A DNA stretch of 64,000 bases, taken from Octopus vulgaris (taxonomy: Eukaryota). Position numbers and translations under genes: made by a program. Shown here piece by piece: positions 1 to 11,930 of the stretch. Each line of letters begins with the position of its first letter. The first letter of the stretch is position 1. The notes below the pieces were generated by a model, which made no database searches, was not told the DNA's origin, and saw nothing but the letters and a program-made list of their open reading frames with translations. The stretch lies in NCBI GenBank assembly GCA_951406725.2, contig OX597840.1:37820001-37884000 (forward strand), given 5' to 3'.

Positions 1-429
1 TTGCCTAATAAATAATTGTAATATTGAAAAAAAAATTGACGACATCAAACGAGGTGTATTAATCAAGTGAGCTTTGCACATTAATTCTAGTATATATAAA
101 ATGAAATCTATTTTAAATTTGATATTAACGGTGGCGAAAATTTGTTATGGTAGCGTTGTGTGGAATCGCATACGCTTATATTTGTTATGATTATATATAA
201 GTATGTATATATGAGTGTATGTATGTATGTACGTATGTATATATTTATATATATTTATGTAACTGTCCGAAATGGTCGTGACTTCTGTTACTTGACTGAA
301 GAAAGAAAGCTGAGAATAACCCGTCTTTTTGACTGTGCTTCTAATAGTTATTTCTCTTGTCCGCCTTTGTATCGTCTATCTGTCCGAACGCTTTAATATC
401 CTCTTTTTTGTTTTTGTTCCTTTTACACA

Positions 430-565
430 CAACACACACACACACACACGCACACACACACACACATATATATATACATACATACATCTGCCCATATTCA
501 CACACACATATGTACAGACTTTTATACACACATACACATATACACACATACATACACACATATAT

Positions 566-614
<49 letters not shown>

Positions 615-655
615 CATATATACATATATACACACACATACGTATGCATACATGT
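430..655. repeat. (CA)n/(TA)n compound microsatellite
   Basis: Direct dinucleotide runs; these explain the HTHT/YIYI ORFs. Confidence 0.95.
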
Positions 656-914
656 GATAAAACTCCTGCAAATACATTTCTGCCTTCAATAGATTTTAAT
701 ATTCAACTTTATAAAACGCCATAACCTAACCGGATGCTGGTTGTTTCACTGTTTACACGTTTATTTTTTTTATCTCAAATAAGCTCACGGCCCTCTCCAG
801 AATTTTATCCGTCATACACCGTCATCTTTTGGTTATTGTTATCATAAATGTTCTCCTTCACGTCATCGTCATCATCACATAATCATAATCTTGGCTGTCG
901 TCGTCATCATCAAT

Positions 915-1227
915 GTAGTAGCAGTAGCGGTTGTGGTAGTAGTAGTTAGTAGTAGCAATAGTAGTAGTAGGAGCAGCGGCATTGGTACTAGTCGTAGTAG
1001 TAATAGGAGTAGTAGTAGTATTAGTAATATCAGCAGCAGTAGTAGTAATAATATTAGTAGTAATAGTAGTAGTAGCGGTAGAAGTAGTAGTAATGATAGT
1101 AGTAGTAGTAGTAATGATAGTAGTAGTCGTAGTAGTAGTACTTTTAGTAGTAGAAGTAGTAGTTGTTATTGTAGTAGTAGTAGTAGTAGTTGTTGCTGTA
1201 GTAGTAGTAGTAGTAGTAGTAGTAGTA
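915..1227. repeat. (TAG)n microsatellite
   Basis: Imperfect agt/tag runs; these explain the poly-S and poly-V ORFs. Confidence 0.95.
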
Positions 1228-1901
1228 TACTGTCTACGATATGTCTAGATCATATAATTATCTCGGCAATAATGTTTCATTAAACATATACATATGTATG
1301 TATGTTATATATATATATATATATATGTGTATGTATATAAATGTGTGTGATTTTGTATATATATGTGTGCGTGTGTGTGTACGTGTGTAAAACAAATATA
1401 ATTTTTAATATTTTGTTTTAAATTTCGTCTGTTTTTTAATTAGTTATTATTGTCTGTTTACTCTAGAAAATACAAATTAATAACGAACAGACATTAAAAT
1501 GGAAATTAAGCGAGAATAATCACACCATGGCTCAAAATGTACACTCCGCTCTCAACAGCCATCTAACAACTCAACCTGAGCACAAAATAACTTGATGAAT
1601 ACACTCAACAACCAACACACAACAAACTCAACACCTAACTGACAACACACACAACACTCAACTCAGAAATTAAAACTAAAATTCAACGCCAATTACACAC
1701 CTAACAACACTGAACACTTAACACTCAAAACTCAACGAGCATTTCACATTGTCCACTCAATAAACGACTTACGGACACTGTTTACGCTCAGCTGATAACC
1801 TTCACTCAATACTCAAGACAATCATCGATACAAACCCAACATAGGCGAACCGTTCAGTTACTCGGACTTAAACACACCAACACCTGCAGTCACGTGTTGT
1901 T

Positions 1902-2129
1902 AGGGACAAAGATACAGAGAGACAGACAGACAGATAGACAGACCCCCCACATATATATATATATGGTACGGGCTTCTTTCAGTTTCCGTCCACCAAATCC
2001 TTGTGAAAGTGATTTGGTCAGCCCAAGGCGATTGTAGATGACACTTGCCCGAGTTGCCATGCAGTGGGACTGAACCCGAAATTCTGTGGTTGGGCGTCAA
2101 CCTTCTAACCACGCAGCCACTCGTGCGCC
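1902..2129 (-). mobile_element. tRNA-derived SINE family B, 5' portion
   Basis: Reverse complement matches the head of the 19598 copy (gagtggctgcgtggttag...gggttcagtcccactgc...tcgggcaagtgtc...gacggaaactgaaagaagcccgt). Confidence 0.85.
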
Positions 2130-2157
2130 TATTCCACACAGTGACGCCTTATAAATT

Positions 2158-2280
2158 CGACGGGCTTCCGCGCAGTTTCTGTCTACCAAATGTACGAAAT
2201 TTACTCGCAAGGCATTAGTCCAGCCGGGGCTACACTAGAAGTCCCTCCCGCAAGACACCGCGTCGTGGAACTAAACCCCA
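2158..2280 (-). mobile_element. SINE family B, degenerate fragment
   Basis: cagtttctgtctaccaaat...ctcgcaaggcattagtccagccggggctac matches family B in reverse. Confidence 0.65.
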
Positions 2281-2777
2281 AACGAATTGGTAAAAACAAG
2301 AAACGAGTTTTTAAACAATAGACATGCTGCCTTCGAACATAGTGTAAACATTTTTATTTTCCATATTCCCCCAAATTTATCGATTTCACTGGATTTGTCT
2401 CGATCGCATGTTTTTTGTTTAGGTTTTAAACGAACCCAGGCAGAGATTTTTGTCTGGTATATCATGGATATTCTGAGTTAATCGAAGGTTTCGAGTCTAT
2501 TATATTACATAAGTGAGACCCTTCCGTCTTTGTGTTTAGTATGCTCAATGCTGCTCTGAATGTACATTCCCCCAGCCATATTATATGGATTAACTTCGCC
2601 TTTTGAAATACTAGAACATTAAAATACTTTAAAATTAATTCCTATCGTCTTTGAACAACACTTCCAAACATTATTTGTATTTGAAACACAAGGGTTTTCA
2701 CTCGTTAATTGAATAATAACAGCTTTTATTACTAGTTTAAACAGCTGCCATTGAGTCTAGCCTAGCAGACGACCATA

Positions 2778-2780
2778 ATC

Positions 2781-2847
<67 letters not shown>

Positions 2848-2894
2848 ATATCTATCTATCTATCTATCTGTTTATTTATATATCTATCTGTCTT

Positions 2895-2933
<39 letters not shown>

Positions 2934-3038
2934 TTATCTATTTATCAATCTCTCTATCTATATATTTATCTATTTATCTTTCTATCTATATATCAATCTC
3001 TCTCTCTCTCTCGCTATCTATCTATCTATCTATCTATT

Positions 3039-3091
<53 letters not shown>

Positions 3092-3182
3092 CTCTCTATA
3101 TATATTTATATATATTTATCTATTTATGTATGTATGTACGTATCTATCTATCTATATATATATCTATTCATCTATCTTTCTT

Positions 3183-3243
<61 letters not shown>

Positions 3244-3245
3244 GT
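2778..3245. repeat. (TATC)n/(TC)n microsatellite
   Basis: Direct tetranucleotide runs. Confidence 0.95.
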
Positions 3246-3834
3246 CTAAAAGATATAATCGGTTATTGCCTCTCTCTTCCACTCTTTTCTCTCTCTCTTC
3301 TCCCTCTCTCTATAAACAAATCTCCATGTATCTCTCTTTTTTTCATATTTTAATCTCCTTCACTCCGTTCCTCTTCTCTCAGCCGACATTTGAAATTCTA
3401 ATACTTCCCTCGTGCATTACCCTATAGCTTCTTTCTCGCTCTAAATCAATCACCCCCGCACTCTTTCTCTCTTTATATATATAGACACAATATATAAATA
3501 TAGATATACATACATACATGCAAATAATTAATATCGACATATATATACATATACATATGTGTGTGTGAATGTACGTATATATACATACATATAAACACAC
3601 ACACACACACACCAATTTTCCTTCTTTTCCGCTATCTCTTGTCTCTTTTTCACAATAACAATTGTGTAGAATAATTATTTCCCAGGCTATGTGTTTGTGT
3701 TTGTATTTCGTTTTAGGTGTGCACGTATGCACGTGAGTGTGTCAATGTGTGCACGCATATGTGTGTATATACAGGACATAGGCTTATTTCTCTTAACTCC
3801 TTTTTCCTATGCATGTGTGTCATTATGTAAGTAT

Positions 3835-3884
3835 ATATATATATCTATATCTATATCTATATCTATCTATATATATATGTATAA

Positions 3885-3928
<44 letters not shown>

Positions 3929-4103
3929 AATATTAGGGAATAAATCCAAACTTAATATAATATATATATATACATGTGTGTGTGTGTGTGTATATATCTG
4001 CATATATATACATATATATACTTATATATACATATATATATATATGTATATATATATGTATGTATGTATTAACCAAATATGACCATATATGTGTATATGT
4101 GTA

Positions 4104-4138
<35 letters not shown>

Positions 4139-4222
4139 GCATTTATGTATATACACATTAATATATGTGTGTGTATAGGCGTATGTATGTTTGTACGTAT
4201 GCACGTATGTACGTCTGTTTGC

Positions 4223-4260
<38 letters not shown>
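3835..4260. repeat. (TA)n/(TG)n microsatellite
   Basis: Direct runs. Confidence 0.95.
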
Positions 4261-4263
<3 letters not shown>

Positions 4264-4917
4264 TAATTGCTTTCGTTTATTTTCGACGTGGTCTTTCGTT
4301 CTTTCTTTCGAATTGTCAGACATTCTCATTGTCAATCTCGATCAGGTTTCTCCGATGTGCTCCTCTCTTGTGTATGCGTGTGTGTATGTGAGTGTGTATG
4401 TGTGTATATACAAACACACTATGGAGCTCTAAGCTTCTCTTTCTATATATCTTTATATCTTTCTAAAACGCTGTCACTTAATTGAGATAACAGAGACGAG
4501 TTTGAACGTGTGTGTATGTGTATGTGGTGGATATGTTCCTTTATACCTGTTTATGTGTATTTTGTGTATAATTGAATTAGTCTGTCAGTAGGAATTCCAT
4601 TTATGAGGAAGGATTCGCATAGAGACACACATTCACACACGTAATCACCCCTGCGTACACATACACATGTCTACCAATTGTAGGTGAATATAATAATTGA
4701 TTAGTCAGTTAATGTGTATCCATTAGATGTCTCCGTTTTCTAAACTTAATAATAATATTTGATATTTTATGATATTTTGTACAATATATTCATTCAAGAA
4801 ATATCTCTTCAAAATAAAATATATTAAAGCATTGTATCTTGGATTGATATCACTTTAAGATGTTTAAATATCCTGATTGTAGCTATCTATCTCCATATAT
4901 ATATATATATATATATC

Positions 4918-4997
4918 ATTATTGTGTCTGGGGCGAGTTACTCGGTTTTAATGCCTCATTAATTAACACACCAGTTCGATTTCCCTTCATTTACATT
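4918..4997. repeat. Short dispersed repeat within (TA)n; inverted homolog at about 23930-24010
   Basis: ttgtgtctggggcgagttac...gcctcattaattaacacaccag resembles the reverse complement of 23930-24010 (ttgtgcctggagagagtc...gccttataatgtaacacactcaccgg). Confidence 0.55.
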
Positions 4998-5023
4998 ATA
5001 TATATATATATATATATATCCAC

Positions 5024-5076
<53 letters not shown>

Positions 5077-5099
5077 TATGCATACATATACGCGTTACA

Positions 5100-5192
5100 T
5101 TTTATCTTTTACCTTTTTCAGTCATTAGACACCGGCCATGCTGAAGCACCATTTTGGTGAAAGTTAGTAGAGTCAATTCGCCCTAGTACTTA
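5100..5192 (-). mobile_element. SINE family B, 3' end fragment
   Basis: tcttttacctttttcagtcattagacaccggccatgctgaagcacc is the reverse complement of the family B tail. Confidence 0.7.
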
Positions 5193-5245
5193 TACGTTTA
5201 ATGGTTAATGAATAATATAAAAAAAATTTACATTTTCCGTTTTTT

Positions 5246-5385
5246 CATTATTTACATTATTTACCTTATTTACATTTGACGGATATTTGTCCTCATCATG
5301 TTATTATATTCAAGCCAGGTGAGGACAAATATCCGTCAAACGTAAATAAGGTAAATAAGATAAATGATGTAAATAATGTAAATAA
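5246..5385. repeat. Inverted repeat (about 41-bp core arms, about 20-bp spacer)
   Basis: ttatttaccttatttacatttgacggatatttgtcctca pairs with tgaggacaaatatccgtcaaacgtaaataaggtaaataa. Confidence 0.9.
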
Positions 5386-6659
5386 TTCCTCATCTCTTCA
5401 AATAAAGAACTGTATTTCTAATTTGTTATACAATGAGTCGCCAAATAATATTTCCATAATTTTCAATATGGCCGGCACGGGGACTACAGCCATCAGTGAC
5501 GTGTTTTATCAGACTTCATTGAAGATAGCCAAGCCTTAAATGGGATCGAACAAAGGAATGCCCTACTCATCCTTGACCTCTGTAGACTGAATAAGAAAGT
5601 ATGTCCAACATCACTCCACACACCTCCATCCCCATTTAAACACCGTTCCTTCACTCTTTCCATCATCTTTCCCTCCTCCTCACCGAATACACACAGAATT
5701 ATCCACATATCCAACCTTCGCGCTGGTCAAATATGATGAACAACCCTCAGTTAAACATATATTAATGTTATATCACCTGATGAAATGATTCCATTAATAT
5801 GATTTTCCCGATGCCTTCGGATAGTACAGATTGCACTGTAATCACCCAAGGAATACAGTCTCTGATCGTAAGAGAAATGTTATTTGTGGAAACGCGTGTA
5901 GCGATGCATTAAATGGTTATAAGTTTCTTCTAAGAATTATTGCTATTATTATCATATACTAGCTGTTATGACTAGCAGCTTACATTATATTATTTGTTCC
6001 TTTCTTCTGGGCAGAATCGGCACACCTGATATAGTGAACTGAATTGCTAGCTTAATGGAATATATTGTTTGCTTAAAAGTGAGGCGGTGGTGGTAGGGGG
6101 GTGTTGACAATTTACATGGGTTTCCTTGAAAGTACTTTCTGTTCTTAAGAAGGATCACAAACTATAAATTGTTTCAACGTATAAAAAGGGCTAATGATAT
6201 TTTGCCCAAGAATCTCGTTTTCAAAATTTAAATTTCCCCGAACACCCACCGAAATTTTTTATTTGGAGTTTTTTTACGAAATTTTTAGAAAAATACAGAG
6301 ATTGAGTTCGTTTCCAAACACAATCAACAAATGTATATTACAGCTTCTAAAATTTCAAATTAGATTCCAATGATGTTCATTCCTGTAAACGCATTCAAAC
6401 CCCTTCCAACATCAACACAGCTTTACATAAACTGCCAATAATCTCTCCCACCTCGTAGTGGTAATGAATTTATCTCCGGTCGAAACCCTGACAGGCATGT
6501 CATATTCTTTTTTGTAATAAAATTACCCTGTCTGACCACTCTGCTTTGATTATTGTTTATTGTTTTCTCAGTTAATGGTTGAACTGCGTAAAGTATATTT
6601 TTAATGTTATACTAGACTTATACATACACATGTGTCAGCAGAGAGTGAGTGCGTCTCTG

Positions 6660-6694
6660 TATCTCTCTCTCTCTCTCTGTATCCCTCTATCTAT

Positions 6695-6750
<56 letters not shown>

Positions 6751-6942
6751 ATATATATATATATATATATATTTATCTATCCGTCTATAGATACATACAC
6801 ACACACATAATTATGTATGTATGTATTTATGCATATATCATATGGGTGTATGTAATGTATGTATGCATGTGTGTGTACGTGCGCATGTGTGAGGGCATGT
6901 GTGTATGTATGTATATATATATATATATATATATACACACAA

Positions 6943-6985
<43 letters not shown>

Positions 6986-6994
6986 CATATATCT

Positions 6995-7035
<41 letters not shown>

Positions 7036-7112
7036 AACACACACACATATATATATATATGCACACTGTTAAAGATTACTAGAAAGTTAAAGCAAGACCA
7101 ACATCTCAAGTC

Positions 7113-7156
<44 letters not shown>

Positions 7157-7186
7157 CTGGATGTATACATAAGCGTATATATTTGG

Positions 7187-7229
<43 letters not shown>

Positions 7230-7384
7230 GTATATATTTATAATTATATATATACATATATATTTATACATACATACATACATATATATATATATATGCA
7301 TATATCTGTATAGATAGATATATCCATACATATATGTGTGTGTATACATAAAAAGCATATATATATATAAGTCTATATATATAT

Positions 7385-7433
<49 letters not shown>

Positions 7434-7435
7434 TG
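6660..7435. repeat. (TATC)n/(TA)n/(CA)n compound microsatellite
   Basis: Direct runs. Confidence 0.95.
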
Positions 7436-7625
7436 TGGATGGTGTGTGTCCGAGTGTATCCGTGTTGGGGGCTGTAGGGATTATTAGATATTGATGTTAT
7501 ATATTAGTATAGGATAAATCATTAGAATGCTATTATTTGTGATTCTCCTGCTCCAGACTGACCTCTACCAATGTATCACTAAACCACGACTTATTAGTCT
7601 CACTTCCTCTCATACACGATTGCGT

Positions 7626-8050
7626 TCATGATGACGACGACGACGACGCCGAGAACGATGATGATGATGATGATGATGATGACGATGACGATGAATGCGG
7701 CGAAAATGATGGGGGTGGTGGTGGTGGTGGTAGTGCTGATGATACTGCTGCTGTCGGTGACGGTGATGTCCATAATTACGGTGATAATGACCATAAAGAG
7801 GCTGCCGATGCTGCTAATGCTGCTGCCGCTGCTGCATGAGTAGTTGTTGATGATGATGATACCAATGATGATACCGGTGATGATGATGATGATGATGGTG
7901 GTGATGGTGATGATGATGATGACGATGATGACGGTGACTGTGATGATGATGATGTTGATCATGATGATGGTGGTGGTGATGACGATGATGATAATAGTGA
8001 TGATAGTGATGATGATGATGATGATGATGATAATAATGGTGATCAGGAAT

Positions 8051-8119
<69 letters not shown>

Positions 8120-8206
8120 TTCATGATGATGATAATGATGATGATGATGGTGATGATGATAATAGTGATGACGGTGATGATGATAATGATAATGGTGATC
8201 AGGAAT

Positions 8207-8248
<42 letters not shown>

Positions 8249-8267
8249 GTGATGGTGATGATGATTA
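7626..8267. repeat. (GAT)n microsatellite
   Basis: Imperfect gat runs with an internal duplicated block (gtgatcaggaatatgatg twice); these explain the poly-M, poly-I and poly-D ORFs. Confidence 0.95.
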
Positions 8268-8663
8268 CAGTATATTTCTACGCTGGCTGATCACAGCACC
8301 AAAAACAAAAAAAAAAAAAGACAAAAAAACCCAGCAGAGCGAAGGTTGTACATATGGGTTTATTTAATTTCGTTTTTCTTTTCCTTCTATCGAAATGTTG
8401 TGGTGCCAAATAGACGTTCGCCAGTCGAAATTCTTCACAAATCGAAACTAATTACACAACCCGACATTCCTATGTTCTTATATATAAAATAAAAATATAC
8501 AAACCAAGACGTGGTACTGTCTATCTAAGTTTACATTAAATGTTGTGCCTTTCCTTGCTTATTGTTTCTCGCTAGCTTACTCTTGCTCAGGCAAATCTAT
8601 GTTCGAAATAAGTTTAGATATAGCGAGTCCAGCTTATAATTATGGTATTGTATATCTAGGACT

Positions 8664-8926
8664 GTGGAGGCGCGTGGCTTAGTGGTTAGGGTGTCAGCAT
8701 CATGATAGTAAGATTGTGGTTTTGATTCTTGGACCTCGCGACGCGTTGTGTTCTTGAGCAAAACACTTCATTTCACGTTGCTCCAGTCCACTCAGCTGGC
8801 AAAACTGAGTAACGCTGTGATGGACTGGCGTCCCGTCCAGCTGGGGAACACATACGCCACAGAAACCAGGAAACCGGGCCCATGAGCCTGGCTAGACTTT
8901 AAAAGGGCGCATTTATTTATTTATTT
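8664..8926 (+). mobile_element. tRNA-derived SINE family C, full length with TSD
   Basis: A-box tggcttagtggttagg, degenerate B-box ggttttgattctt, (attt)n tail; 13-bp TSD tatatctaggact at 8651-8663 and 8927-8939; second copy at 11101-11356. Confidence 0.9.
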
Positions 8927-9210
8927 TATATCTAGGACTAGGTAATCCTATGTAGTTTATTACATTTTGCTGTGTACTGTTTCGATGGAGTTGGCAGGGA
9001 AGGAGCAAAAGGCAAAAAATGCAATAAAGAAGGGCAAAATGGCCGAGAGATGCAGATAGACGGGATAAAATTTTCCGAAAAACACAAACTAAGACTCCAA
9101 CAACAACAGCACCAATAATACAAACCCCTGAATGAAACGTTATAATCTTCATCACAGTGGAAACAAACAGCAAAGAACTACTGAAACACATAAAAACAAC
9201 ACACAAATAT

Positions 9211-9425
9211 GCTTTTCTACTCTAGGCACGAGGCCTGAAACTTTTGAGGAGGTGGCGCAGTTGATTAGATCGACCCCAGTACGCAACTTGTTCTTAATTG
9301 ATCGATTCCAAAAGGATGTATGTCAACGTCGATCACGGCGGAATTTGAACTCAGAACGTAAGGACAGACAAAATACCGCTAAGCATTTCGCCCGGCTTAT
9401 AACGGTTTTGTCAGCTCGCAGCCTT
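9211..9425 (-). mobile_element. tRNA-derived SINE family A, older copy
   Basis: ggcggaatttgaactcagaacgt...ctaagcatttcgcccggc matches family A in reverse. Confidence 0.85.
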
Positions 9426-9540
9426 CACAAAACCCAAATATTCTTTTCTACTCTAGGCACAAGGTCCGAAAATAACACCCAAATATTACAAGAACAATTT
9501 CATGACACAAACGTATAACATGGCGTCATAAAACCTATTG

Positions 9541-9936
9541 TTTTCTACTCTAGGCACAAGGCCCGAAATTTTAGGGGAGGGGGCCAGTTGATAGATCGAC
9601 CCCAGTACGCATCTGGTACTTAATTTATCGTCCCCGAAAGGATGAAAGGCAAAGTCGACCTCGGCGGAATTTGAACTCAGAACGTAACGACAGACGAAAT
9701 ACCTATTTCTTTACTACCCACAAGGGGCTAAACACAGAGAGGGGAGAGGCAAGGACAGACAAAGGGATTAATTCGATTACATCGACCTCAGTGCGTAACT
9801 GGTACTTTGTTTATCGACCCCGAAAGGATGAAAGACAAAGTCGACCTCGGCTAATTTGAACTCAGAACGTAACGACAGACGAAATACAGGCTAAGCATTT
9901 CGCCCGGCGCGCTAACGTTTCTGCCAGCTCGCCGCC
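9541..9936 (-). mobile_element. SINE family A dimer
   Basis: Two bodies (cccgaaaggatgaaaggcaaagtcgacctcggc twice) joined at gacgaaatacctatttctttac; head gctcgccgcc ends at 9936. Confidence 0.9.
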
Positions 9937-10857
9937 TTATACACATATACACGTATATTCCTAGAAAGAGAGAAAGTGAGAGAGAGAGAGAGTGACATTC
10001 AGACAGACTCGATACACAGACAAATACCACACCATAAAAAAAACATGCAAACAGATATACAACCACACAGAAAATTCTATGTATTTCGTTTTGAAAACTT
10101 ATGGAAAGCAATATCGGAAGAACATACAGTTATAATTGGAAATAAAGCGGAGAGAATTTATTTCATGAAGAAAAAAAAAATTAAACCATCAAAGAAATAG
10201 AGAGAAAATCTATTACAGATTATAATTGCAATTATTTGTTCTTTAGTTGGCAATTAATTTAGAAATATTTCACATATTCACCAGCGTGGACACAAAGAAC
10301 CCACAGAATATTATATACACTCTTCATATTAGCAAATTTCTAACTCAGCGCACTGTCATAAAAGATTTCAATTTCCAACAATAATTAATGTCTTTCGGCC
10401 TCATACGTTGTGTATGTGTGTGTGTGTGTGAGTGAGTGTGTACGTGTGTAGGTATGTGTGTGTGTGCATGTGTGTATACATTTAAAGACAAACACATATA
10501 TCGATACATACATACATACATACATACATAGATACATATATACATATATATACATATACATACATACATACATACATATATGTATGTCTGTATTTATACA
10601 GGTGTGAAATTATATACATACACACAAGCACGCACACAGACATACACATACTCACATACACACATCTCTCTTTTCTCTCTCTCTCTCTCTCTCTCTCTTT
10701 ATATATATATATAGATATAAGCATATAGATGATTACATATATACATATATACAAACATACATACATACATACATACATACATACATACATAAGAAACACA
10801 CGATCGTACACTTATGTATGCACGCGAACAAACCCACATATATAGATATAAATGTGA

Positions 10858-11096
10858 TCAGAATTTAAATAAATGTGTCCGTGTTTTATCTAATTCACGC
10901 GCCCAAACATGTATGGAATTGGTATCACAATCGATGGCTGTGAGAACGGTTGTCCGATATTTGCAGACGGCATAACTCCACCTGGCTCGAGTAAAGCTGG
11001 TGCTTATGCACCGAATGCGTTCGCTGCTGTCTGGGTTCGAAGCGAGCATGAAAACAGAGACATTGGTCTTCTCAAGAGTGTTTCTCAAAGTGCAAT
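10858..11096 (-). CDS. Candidate spliced terminal exon, unknown product (xCTLRNTLEKTNVSVFMLAS...LFKF*)
   Basis: Island of non-repetitive, higher-GC sequence; acceptor-like tttacctcttttaacAG followed by one frame open for about 79 codons while the other two stop early. No domain recognised, and the pyrimidine tract is the tail of the adjacent SINE. Confidence 0.25.
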
Positions 11097-11100
11097 CTGT

Positions 11101-11356
11101 TAAAAGAGGTAAAGTTATCTTCTTGAATCATGCCGTTGACCCATGAGGGCTGATTTCCTGGTCTCATGGCGCATGAATTCCCCTCTTCAACGGATGGTCG
11201 CTCGCAGGTTTACTCATTTTTGCCAGCTGAGTGGACTGGAGCAATGTGAAAGAAGTGTTTTACTCAAGAACACTACGCGTTGCCCGGTCCAGGAATCGAA
11301 ACCACAATTTTAGGATCATGAATCCAACACCCTAACCACTAAACCACGTGCCTCTA
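11101..11356 (-). mobile_element. SINE family C copy
   Basis: ttgccagctgagtggactggagcaa...aagaacac...cgcgt...aggaatcgaaaccacaat...accctaaccactaaaccacgtgcctc is the reverse complement of the 8664 copy. Confidence 0.9.
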
Positions 11357-11384
11357 CACAGTGTACTATGCATGTTTGTAGATC

Positions 11385-11930
11385 GTCTCTATGGACAAGT
11401 CTCTCGGGGCCGTAATCACGAGTGATGGGAAGCAGGAGGCTGTATTGGTTGTTAGAATCGCAGTTATGTTCCCAGCAATGCGCCTGCTCCAACAATGGAT
11501 TCCTCAGAAGAAGGGAAGTTTGTAGAAAAGAAAATCTTGCTGATTTTAAATTTTGCTTTTCGTTGCCGATCTTCACCCAAAGAAATGGATGTTCGGTCAT
11601 GAGCGAAAGATTACGAACCCGAAAAGAAGCGGTTGACATGGGATTCTCCGAATGTTTCTGCAATAACGTTAATCAACAGACTACCTCGCTCAGAGATTAA
11701 GGAATCTCATGAAGCTGCACCGACCCGTAGGTAACCCGAGGTAAATCAAAAGCAGGACAGTTGGATAATTTCTAGTCTCAGATGATCAAACTTGAGAATC
11801 CAGCAGTAAAATGTAGTGATGATTGCTTGTAATAGAAACCTTATGGAGAATGTACCTGAGACCGCAATTCCCGTGACCAATCCAGGAATATTGGGCTACA
11901 AAATTGGATTGATGTGTACTTTCGAACGTG
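11385..11930 (+). mobile_element. RTE-clade LINE relic (Expander/Rex3-like RT C-terminus), frameshifted
   Basis: Translates as KSLGAVITSDGKQEAVLVVRIAVMFPAMRLLQ, then in another frame RKENLADFKFCFSLPIFTQRNGCSVMSERLRTRKEAVDMGF. This resembles the RTE pattern KYLGVxFTSDGR...RKAKLSIFxSxFVPILTYGxExWVMTERxRSRxQAAEMGF (consensus from recall). Confidence 0.7.

Noticed and set aside
4275-4325. Hammerhead-like CUGACAA...GAAA...GUC on the minus strand
   Set aside because: G8 is lost without compensation, the stem III register is off and stem I does not pair.
7600-8290. Met-rich and Asp-rich ORFs suggesting a reflectin-like or acidic protein
   Set aside because: These are (GAT)n translations, open on both strands, with no reflectin M/FDxxxxxMD motif or Tyr/Arg content.
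8664-8740. tRNA genes at SINE heads
   Set aside because: A and B boxes are present, but there is no full cloverleaf and each continues into a repeated SINE body.
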